From assembly GCF_964355755.1 (NCBI RefSeq), contig NC_092675.1, positions 23,284,912-23,348,911 on the forward strand: a stretch of 64,000 bases of DNA, in the 5' to 3' direction. Positions 12,103 through 22,521 of the stretch are shown piece after piece. Positions within the stretch are counted from its first letter, which is position 1, and every line of letters starts with the position of its first letter. Source of the stretch: Antedon mediterranea (lineage: Eukaryota; Animalia; Echinodermata). The notes under the pieces are model-generated. The model saw only the letters and a list, made by a program, of their open reading frames with translations. It was not told where the DNA came from and searched no databases. A program made the position numbers and the translations under genes.

Positions 12103-15100
12103 TTATATTTTCTCTGTTTGTTGGTAACTTGGAGGGGGATAATTGCCAGCAGGAGGGGGGTAATTGCCAACAGGAGGGGGGTAATTTCCAGCAGGATAAT
12201 TACCAGGAGGTGGTTGGTATGGGTAAGCTGGTTGTCCATACTGCATTTGTTGAGCAGGGTAGCCTGGAATATAAAATAAATAAATAAAAGTTACAAACTG
12301 TGTTCTTCTTGTTGAAATAGGTGCTATACTATTATGATAATGTCAATCAAATAGTGCTTAATGCTGAACGCGTTTAAACACTTCAGTTAGTTACTCAAGT
12401 CAATGGATTTTTAGCTCCCATATTGTCATAGCCACTAACACAGTGGAAGTTGTCACGACTTAATTACTCATTTTAATAATAACTGAATAAATGTATATGA
12501 ACTACTAGTTGGCATTAAATCCATTTAGTAATAAAAAAAATAAAATTATAATTAAAAATATACCTGTCTGAATGACCTGAGTAGTGGTAGTTGGCATGGC
12601 TTGGTTCGAAACAACAGTCTGATAAAATTAAAACACAAACATTATTTCTAGAATCATTATTTGTTGATGATAGTACTATATGACCTAATGTGTATTGGTA
12701 ATAACATCAAGCCACTGATTAAAACAAAATTGTTTCAACTAATTGTTAAATCAATCAAATGAAGACTTTTATTTTAAGTACAGTAGATAACAAATTAGGT
12801 GTATGAGAGTAAAACATTGTTTATATATTGTTTGTAATTGATTATGTTCAATCTGTATGATGTGAATAAAAAATAAAGCATACTGTTTCAGTTTCATTTA
12901 TTTATCCAAAAAGAAAAAAAAAATATCGTATAGAATAAAATACATTAATAGATGAAAAGGTTCTATCAATAAAAAGCTAAAGTCGTACGTAGAAATGAAT
13001 TTAACATTTAACATGTAGGCCTACAATATGGAATATTATTGATTATGTTAATTAATATTTTTCCACATGACCCTAACCAACGTACTCTATAACCAGAGAT
13101 GGTGTCTGTACCTTATGATACAGATGTTGCATCGGCGATCTTAACAAATTGAAATTTACCACAATCTGAAATGTTGTTGATGTGTGTTTGATGAGTAGTG
13201 CAATTAAAATGTAAGTTAGTATACGGGAATGTTGTTGTGACATGTATACTTTGTAATGGTATTGAGAGCATACCACAGTAGTGTTTGGTCTGGTACGACA
13301 ACAGCTTGTTCCTCCACACATGACAGCACTGGCATAAATAGACACAACAAATTCAACGACGGCAATGATGGTCAGTATGATGTTGACAGCAAGCTTTCCA
13401 TTCTAATAAAAACAAAAAATGACTTTAATAATAATAATATACTGTTTTTAATTTCAGAATTAGTGTTTATGTTTATTAAACATGGGTATCAAATATACTT
13501 ACATAATTATCAACATAATAATGATCATAGAAGAAGCCATAATATTCATAACAATAACTGTACAGATCACCTTCGTTGAGAGCTCCGGACAAACTCACAG
13601 AAAAGTGACTGACACTGCAAATGGCTGACAAGATGGACATCACCATACAACCAATAATCTAACAACATTAAAAACAAAGGAGGAATTAAAGTGGAGCAGA
13701 GTGAGAAAGAGAAGACACTTTGACATAGTGCGGACACAGTCTTCGTCTAGTCTCTGATAACCAGTGCAAAGAACTTGTATCCAAAGCCAAAAACTAAATG
13801 CGCATTCTGGCCAAGACGAGGAAAATTTCTTAGAAATATGGCTTTACCAATTCACAGAGTTAAAACTCTGTCATGTTTGAATATGCTATTTTTAAACTTG
13901 AGTAACCTGGAAATTATACTTTGTCACATGACATGACTATGAATACTTAAAGATGTATTCATAGTAAGATGAAACACACAAAAATGAAGGTCAAAATATA
14001 CTAAATTTTAATTGGCCATATCAAAGTAATATTAAAGTTTATTCACTTTAAGTCGAAAATTCAGGCCAAAAACAACAATTTTATGTAATTAACAGCTAAA
14101 TTAATTACATTTCGTCTGGAAAATAGTCTCGAGCAAAAGTAAACAAAGATTTCAAACCATGAGTATACATTATGCATGATGCTAATTAGGATTGTTTACA
14201 ACTCGTCATGGTTGAGAGGGTGTTTTCACACAGATCGCTAGGAAGTTTTATGATTATGCATACAGTAGCCAAATAAGCGCATTGCATTATAAGATATGTT
14301 TTGATCAAAAACTTTGACTGGAAGTCGAAGTTATTTTTTGAACCAAAAAACGTCTATATTTCAGTTAAATTATTTTTTTTTTTGACTAATTTTTTGTGAA
14401 AGGTAATAACTATTATGATACTTCAAAATGACCCACTTTTTTTTTAAATCTTTTTATTTTTTTGGAATTTGACAAAGGGACAATACATCTTTAATATATC
14501 ATAAAAAATGATATATCATTTTGAAATAAAAGATGGTTATTTTTATACAAAACAAATAAAAAAAATCTTTTTAGCATACAGTACAAGTGAAAATAATGAA
14601 ACGGACTAAAATACTGCGAATAGGCCTACGGATTGTTGAATGTATTCTGCATCGATCACAATACAGTACTTATATTAGAGTAGTTCAGAAACTTATGTAC
14701 ATTTTTAGGCTGTTTGTGTTCCATGTATGGCATGGGTTTACTTTTTTCAGTGGCAGTGTAAATGGGGTTAATCGCGCGCTACTGAATGGATTCAGAATGT
14801 GTAGATCAGCGTCATGCCATAGAATATTCTTATGTTATTTACCCAATGTTTTTTCGCTTTTTGTCCTCAAAACTGTTTGATTGGATTTGATTTGATTTAT
14901 TCAATATCGGCTCATTACAATTACAACAGAATACATAAAAATATATGATGAAACAAAAAGCCAGGATTGTCACAAGCGAACCCAATCACTGTTTAAAGAC
15001 TTTCCTTTAACATAAATAAAATACAATATAAATATAAAATAAATGACGAGAAAAAATTAAATAATAAAAATCTAAGACATAATGTAAAAAAAAAACAGCA

Positions 15101-16072
15101 GGGACCAGGTAAAATCAAAAGAAATAGTGTTAGAGGAAAAAAACAGGGGTATTTAGGCATTTTGTAGCCATACGATTCTAAATTTGGAGTTTACTTGTTA
15201 AAAAGTGTGTTCAACGTTTAGACAATCAATACTACTGTGGCCCTCTTTATTCCTAGCACCAAACCATTTTTAAACAATACCCCAATTAAAAACTAAAAAT
15301 AAAGTACCAATACTTACTGGACATGACTGCTTTTGATGACCTGCAATTACACCAAGAATTCCAGCAGGTAAGTAAAACTATAAAAAAATTGGAGCATAAA
15401 GATTGAGAAAAATATGCAGATATGCATGAAAGGTTATAATTTGTCACTCATAATTTCTTGTACAGTATGTGCAGTGTTATGACAATTTGCAGAGAATTTA
15501 ATATATGTCTACAGATAATATAATACATTCCACTCATAATTTCGCGTACAGTATGTGCAGTGTTATGTAAATTTGCAGAGAATTTAATATAGGTCTACAG
15601 ATAATATAATACATTCCACTCATAATTTCGTGTACAGTATGTGCAGTGTTATGTAAATTTGCAGAGAATTTAATATAGGTCTACAGATAATATAATACAT
15701 TCCACTCATAATTTCGTGTACAGTATGTGCAGTGTTATGTAAATTTGCAGAGAATTTAATATAGGTCTACAGATAATATAATACATTCCAGTATTCACTA
15801 TGATTAAATAAATCTCAGATTTTATTTACCCCTGCTCCACACCAGATGGCTGTGGCTCTTTCGGTGTTACATGCATCAATGGCAATGGCAACAATTCCGA
15901 GAATGATTGACAGTACGCCACAACTGACTTGGATCCATCCAGTGACTTTAGCACTGACAACATTCAGGTTGGCGCTTGGTAATGGACCAGATTGGTGATG
16001 GTACTGCACTGTTTGCGCTGCAGGCATGACAACTGTATGAGGTTGCGGGTGTTGAATAATAGTAGTAGCCAT
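12103..16072 (-). CDS. MS4A/CD20-like four-transmembrane protein, copy B (~267 aa; exons 16072-15830, 15377-15318, 13658-13503, 13402-13274, 12618-12564, 12263-12103)
   Basis: Same exon structure and phases as copy A with an intact frame (804 nt). TM segments are nearly identical, loops differ, and the tail is 12 aa shorter. Confidence 0.85.
13951..14490. mobile_element. TTAA-flanked non-autonomous DNA transposon (Kolobok-like), related termini to 4354-4700
   Basis: Ends agatgtatt / gggacaatacatct with TTAA at 13947-13950 and 14491-14494. Confidence 0.65.
15446..15789. repeat. 86-bp tandem repeat x4 in an intron of copy B
   Basis: actcataatt recurs at 15446, 15532, 15618 and 15704, and the units are near-identical. 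Confidence 0.95.
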
Positions 16073-16825
16073 TTTTATTTTTAAAATTCTGAAAAAAAAT
16101 TTATTCAAGGTCAGTTCACTATGATACTATTTATCTATATATAAATTATATAAAAGAATTGAATTAAAACAAAAAAGTAAAATAACTATACTGTAGTCAT
16201 GTCATATTCTCACTCATGAGGACAATCCAAGCAAATTGTCGAGAAACTCAACAGTTCTTTTCAGAACTAATACACGTGGTGTACCACAAACTTTATATCA
16301 ACATATATAGTCATGTGATGTAAGTTCAAAGACATGTACAAAAAAGAAACCAGGATGATCGATATTAAAATGTATGATCAACATGACAATTCATTCAATA
16401 CAGAAAACAAATATTGACTGTGGACGTGATGCACAATGGGTAGGCTCAGGATGTGGTTGAAAGCACAGCCCATCATGGTGATCTGGGGCTTCCTATAAAC
16501 ACTATCATCGCCTCCTGATCACTCAAATTCCCTCAACCAAGTCAATAAAAAAATAATAATTTTCCAAAAAATGTTCTGTCCAGTAGTCATACTGTATACA
16601 GTAGGCTACTAATTATCTTTAAAAAGAAATATTTTTATCTTGAATGATTAAGAAATGACATATTGAGGGAAATCTTTTTAAAAATAGCAATGCTTGACAC
16701 ACAATAGCTGGATGGTTTGACAGTAAAGATAATAAATGTAATTGTAAACAAAAACATAAAACCATTGTTGATTTATTTTCATTGAGTATTTATATTTAAT
16801 GGCTAAAAAAATGCTCATAAAGCAA

Positions 16826-17210
16826 GCGAGTCATATGGCCGAGCGGTTAAGGCAGGGGCGCCGTTTATCGTACCTAAAGAGCCAACAACAACATCGGCAA
16901 GGGTTCGAGGCCGACTCGCTCCTAGTTCTGGTGGTGGAACAAGTCTTCTCGGATAAGGACTATAAACCGTAGGTCCAGTGTACACAGTTATAACCTGTGT
17001 GTACTTTAAAGAACCCAGTTCATTATTCGAAAAAGAGTAGGGGGTTACCCCGGTGAACTGGTTCACAAAATAGCCTCTGTATCAGGGGGATTACCACCTA
17101 TCTGATAGGACAGTGATTAATTCACTATTGGTAATCCTTGGCCACAGTGCCTAAAGACATAAAATAAAAAAAATAAAAAAATAAAAAAAAAAAATAAAAA
17201 AATAAAATAA
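16826..17210 (+). mobile_element. tRNA-derived SINE with Deu/Nin central domain
   Basis: A-box tggccgagcggttaag and B-box ggttcgaggcc. Central ctcggataaggactataaaccgtaggtcc..ttaaagaaccc..aagagtagggggttaccccggtg resembles the Deu domain of AmnSINE1/DeuSINEs. A-rich tail at 17160-17210. Confidence 0.85.
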
Positions 17211-17305
17211 ATCAACGATTATTTTAATAAATACAATACATGACATACTGTAAATGTGTCATAGAAAACAAAATGAACAAATGCAATACTATTGACTTAC
17301 ACTTA

Positions 17306-17481
17306 CAAGGAATAATTTCGCCAGTGTAGCATAGAAAAAGCTATACAAAACAACCATTTTGCTACAAATTTCTAAAATTGTGTAGCAAAAAATACAATAC
17401 AAAACTATGTTTCTCGACTAAAAAAAATAAGTTTGATTAGCAATATTGCTAAACAAAATTTTAAAATGAAATTTTCCCCTG
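17306..17481. mobile_element. Short MITE (CAGGG-type termini, hAT-like) inserted at the first-exon splice donor of copy B
   Basis: Termini caaggaataattt / aattttcccctg with actta duplicated on both sides. A second copy lies at 19340-19517. Absent in copy A. Confidence 0.75.
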
Positions 17482-17487
17482 ACTTAC

Positions 17488-17560
17488 CACTATTTGTATG
17501 GTTTTAACGCTATTTTATAACAGGAAAAATGTGTGACTATTCAGTTTATTACTCCTATGT
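17488..17560 (-). other. Probable non-coding first exon of MS4A-like copy B
   Basis: Minus-strand GTAAGT donor at 17482-17487; near-identical to 5778-5850. Confidence 0.55.
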
Positions 17561-19339
17561 AGTCAACGGACTGCTGCGTCATTGGTGTGGATTGCATACT
17601 AAACATGTTATTGTTGTATTATTATGGATCGAAAAAGAAGTTCAGTGATGCATGACCAAGTTGATCTACATCCTATAGTTTCAATTCAATAGAATTCAAT
17701 GTGCAGTCATCGTAATTACAGTGACTCGAGTTGTGTATTATTATTATTATTATAATTGATGTAGATTTTTAAAGTACGAGCATCCGCTGTTTCTATCTCA
17801 TTACCAGTTTTTTGCAATACAGTGATTTTAGAAGTTTAGAGAAATTATAGGTAATTAAAGGAAAATAGTATATATTTTTATTTTTTTTAACAAACAACAC
17901 TGTAGGTGCATACCAAAGCTACACACCATGAAACACATTGTTGTTGCAATCATTTCTTTCCTTTCCTTTATTATAAATGTTTTGTGAGTATACCAGCACT
18001 ATCAAATTGAATGGTTATCACGACTAAAATATTTCTTTTTAAATTCAAATGGCACAATACAAAAAGACTAGAACGACGTATGTAATTATCTTTTATAACT
18101 TTAATTTATGGCTGTTTCTCAAAAACCTAGAGTCAAATGCTTCAAACCTGTTGTGAAACAAGGTAAAGTCAACTATATCTTACTTTTCAGCAATAATTTA
18201 TTGAAAGAATGTGTTTTTCTTTGTAAAATTATTAAAAATCCTTTATCATGTCAACATTAATTTGAAATTGGCAAACTATGATATGATTACACATAATATT
18301 CAACCATCCATCAATGACCAACAGAATGTAGTGAGAAAGTCAGTTGAACTGTTTTGAGATACCTGTATAGCAAATTTAAAAATGTACAGAGACCAGTGAA
18401 GTTGAATTTGTGATGAGGGATGAAAGATGCATCTTGGATGTGAGATGAGTATTTGCAAGCGATGATATTTTTTACTTAATACTTGTAGCCTAAATGTACT
18501 TTTAATCAAGTTTAATAATCCGGGGTGTAAATGGTTAATAATTTAAGATAAGTTTGGTGATAAAACTTTTGTAATACGTATGTTAACAGTTAAATTTAAG
18601 TGTAGGTATAATAATAATATTACTGTATTATGATATTCTGAGTAGTATTATATTTAAAGAGAAGATAAATTAAACAATTAAAAACACAACACTTTTGTCT
18701 ACCTTTTTGTCTGCCTAATGTTACCCTGTTTACTAATTAAGTTGAGTTAGATAATTATTTGTTGACGATTAAAACAAATTTAGGTTCAACGATCGTGGTA
18801 TACACTGGCTGATGGATGGCGTGCGATGCTGAATAATACCTGCACACAATAATACGAGAATGCTTGGCAATAATAGAAAGAACAATTGAAACAGGTCCAT
18901 CCCAAATTACACTCATAGCGATGTTGTTCAGGCCCTAGCCCTTTATGGTTCGGGAGAACACTCTTGACGTTTGCATTGAATGCAACCAGGGGAAAAAGTA
19001 GGATACGATTGTTTTGGCAATTGCGAGCGCGCTATTTATATTATTAGAGTATCATCATTTCCAGCCTACAACTAGCCTTTAGAGGTGCCGTTTATCATGA
19101 TTTTTATGCATTTCCAGCCATCTAGGGGTGTCATTCAACCAAAATGGGGTGGGGGGGGGGGGGCTGTGGCTATAATACGCAATGTTGGGTCGCAAGAATT
19201 CCCAAAGTAGGATCATGGGCTCGCGGTCAAAAAAGGAGTTGTGTTAAGCTGTTCTAGATGATACGCAAGCGAATCGAGCGTACCATCTAGGCTAGGCCTA
19301 GTATTAATCAGGAAGGCCTCTAGCTGGCTAGCTAGAGGC

Positions 19340-19517
19340 CAGGGAATAATTTCGCCAGTGTAGCATAGCAAAAAGCTATACAAAACAACCTTTTTGCTAC
19401 ACATTTCTACAATTGTGTAGCAAAAAATACAATACAAAACTAGGATGTTTCTTGACTAAAAAATCAGTTTGATTAGCAATTTTGCTAAACAAAATTTTCA
19501 AATGAAATTTTTCCATG
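19340..19517. mobile_element. Second copy of the CAGGG-ended MITE
   Basis: Highly similar to 17306-17481; flanks tagaggc / tagagggc look like an imperfect TSD. Confidence 0.75.
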
Positions 19518-19623
19518 TAGAGGGCCTCAGTCTAGAGTTAAGAGTAGGCCTACTAGCCTAATACTCTAATAGTACTAGGCTACAACTTACTACTAGGCCT
19601 AGCCCCTAGCTAGCTCGGCCTAG

Positions 19624-20571
19624 TAGTATCACTCCGGCCGCGCTTCACTCCGGCCGCCGTATCAGTTTAGCGCGATGTTATGCACTCCGGCCGCTATTCA
19701 ATTCGACTTCCTGTGCAAAGGGGCCGTTAGTATGGAGCGCCCATATCTACGTTTTCTATACTGTTCAGTGTTATAACAAATTCTTGGTGAATTTAAATGG
19801 AACTAGTTGAATATTTATTAGCAACAATTTTACTTGTTTCATTAACAATAACATTCAAAGAAGTTGGAACTGCTTTTTCTTTCAAACTAAACTTAACTTA
19901 ATTAAATTCAATAATAAAATAATAATCAAATACCCGTCTAATTAATGCTTGAATAACAATATTTAATTTCTTTCTATGTACATTTATTTTTATAGCTTTA
20001 CATTTATTAACATTAAAAATTAGTTAAAACCCTTATTTTTATAACACTTTATCTTGCCAGTACCCATACTTACTAATTATAGTTAATAACAATATTTACA
20101 ATATTAATTAATTTATTTCAAATAATCAAATATCCGTCTAATTAATGTTACCTGGAATTGTATCAAGAATTAATATATCATTTTTGTACAGTCCAATTTA
20201 CAATGATTTTATATTTTAATTTATATATGATAAAAATAATATGACATATAGGGTACATTGCAATAAATTACATTAATTAATCACATTACAATTAATATAC
20301 TAGCCTATTACATTGGATAAAACACATAAATTATTTTGTTCTAGCATTAGACCTAATTTAAAACACTTGCGATGTTGTTGTGATCCTGAAAGAGAAAAAA
20401 TATACTGTATTATTACAAATGTTTATTTTGATTCTCTACAAAAAACGTGTCTCGGTTGTAAAAGACTCATTGGGCGCTCCATAGCTGCGGCCGGAATGAA
20501 TCGCGGCCGGAATGAATCGCGGCCGGATTTGAAGCGCGGCCGGAGTGAAGCGCGGCCGGAGTGATCTGTAT
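19624..20571. mobile_element. MULE-like non-autonomous element with GC-rich subrepeat TIRs and AT-rich core
   Basis: Left tcactccggccgcgct repeats mirror right agcgcggccggagtga repeats, and tatggagcgccca mirrors tgggcgctccata. 9-bp TSD tcggcctag at 19615-19623 and 20572-20580. Confidence 0.8.
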
Positions 20572-20839
20572 TCGGCCTAGAGGCTAGGGCCTACTCCTAG
20601 CTAGTAGTAGTACTAGCCTAGGCTAGCTAGGCCTAGGCCTAGTAGAGTAGTAGGGCTAGGCCAAACGAAGTTTGGAATTCAATTAGGCCTGCACAGTTGG
20701 CCAGCAGGTAATAAGAGGAAGAGAGGCAGCTAGTATAAGTAAGGAAATACAGTTAGTAGTATCCAATAAACTTACATTTCTGGCTTTCAGGTGTATATAA
20801 ATAATCCTTGATTAGAGAGAGGTAGGTACGTTATGTTGG

Positions 20840-20925
20840 TGTCACGTCCCGGATGCTCTTTAAAGTTTTGAGAGTGACGTCAGTTTACGTGCGTAAACGA
20901 CGTGCGGCGGCGGCGTAGCGGTTCG
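20840..20925. promoter_or_regulatory. CpG-rich patch with a palindromic CRE, candidate promoter or enhancer between divergent genes
   Basis: TGACGTCA at 20875-20882, several ACGT cores and gcggcggcggcg in an otherwise AT-rich region. Confidence 0.35.
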
Positions 20926-22521
20926 ATTGTTAATATTATTATGTAACCTTGTTTTAAAGCGTGCGGTATGGCCGAATATTAAACTGATAAACAGAGTCAT
21001 ATACTAGGCATATTAAATTCTCTGATAATAAATAGAGTCATTTGTATAATACTATGTGATAGACATTAATAAGAGCCATTATTTATTCAGAACCTAATTT
21101 GAAAATAATATTACTATGAAATAGTATTTCAAAGGTAGAAGACCTAATTTCTTCATGCAAGTTCGAGCTGCCAAAAATACTAAATGAAGTATGCTGACAT
21201 TATTGTTACATCTTTAATAAAATTCAGAATTGTTTTGAAAAAAATTGAAGATTACATCCAGTTTTTAAATTTGTCTAAAAACAAATATATAAACCTATCT
21301 TTTTACAAAAATGATGTAAAGTTTGGATACGTGTTCATTTACGCTCTCTATAGGCATATCATATCACCACATTTCAAACACTAATGATTAGTAGATAGGC
21401 GCGGCGGCCTACCTAATTTAGCTGCCGCCATGTAGCGACCATGTGAAATAGATAGCCCTATACTTGCGGTCATAATTTTCGGTTGAAATAAGCATTCTTT
21501 TGACAGAAAAAAAAGTAGAGAAAATATCTCCTCAATATCAACAGAATGCTTGCGGGATCTAAGAACATTTTTAGAAAGAATAAAAAATGTAAATGCACTT
21601 TCTGAGAGATAAAACGTAAGACCAAAGCAAAGTAAATGCTTTAAATGCATAACTGATCTTCTATAATGTAGCATCAGAATATTAAGAGGCGTATCATCAG
21701 AATAATCAATCTTAGGCTAAGTATCGTGCTTAAATGTACCGTATGACTTTACGTCATCAAGAGATCAACAAACTAATTTCAAAATAACATGTTTGATAAA
21801 CCAGAAATAACCTATACTAATGTCCCTCAATAATACCAAAATTCAACCGTATAATAAGAATTATATAAGAATTATACAGGAGAGCATAACAAACTTGTAT
21901 AAAAGAGAGAGAGAATCAACAGTTCTCAGGGCAAAAAAGCCTACAAACAGAAGTTACTACAAAATTGGTTTGTTTCTTACATTATAGGGCCTACCGATAT
22001 GGTTCACAAATAATGTCGACCTCTATCATTGTATTTGTTTTATAGCGCTTCAAATAAAAAGAAATGTAATTTTTTATAGAAAATATCAAATAATTATTGC
22101 ATGTTTCCTTGTTATTGATCTTTATAAGCTTTATCACCATTTTCTGAAAATCAATCAATATTAGTTTTGTTCGATAATGAAATCAAAATTACTTTATAAT
22201 TGCGGACGTTCAAACACACAAACAAAAAGGCAAGTCATATATTTTGCATTTTGAAAGAGAAACAATTTAACAGCATGTTTACTAATTTGCAAGTCGATCG
22301 TGATGGTCCTCCTACAGGACATAAAATCATTTTGTTTCTTACATTGCATTATAGCTACAATGGTCTAGTGGTTCACAAATAATGCCGACCTCTATCATTG
22401 TATTATTTTTTTTAGCGCATCTCACTTTTCCCGAGTGACGTATGAAAAGTAAAATTATTTCCGCCTAACCTTCAAATTGTTCATATACAAACTGGAAATC
22501 CGCTTTCATGCATTTGGCATT

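Larger units (their letters stand above)
10830..18800. repeat. Segmental tandem duplication unit, paralogous to ~690-6800
   Basis: Colinear high identity across 3' flank, exons, parts of introns and upstream region, interrupted by copy-specific insertions. Boundaries are approximate. Confidence 0.85.

Noticed and set aside
16826-16920. tRNA gene (also at 53800-53885)
   Set aside because: A and B boxes are present, but they continue into a SINE body and no clean cloverleaf is evident.
21970-22420. ~80-bp direct repeat pair upstream of the kinase
   Set aside because: It is a short local duplication without TIR, TSD or coding signal.
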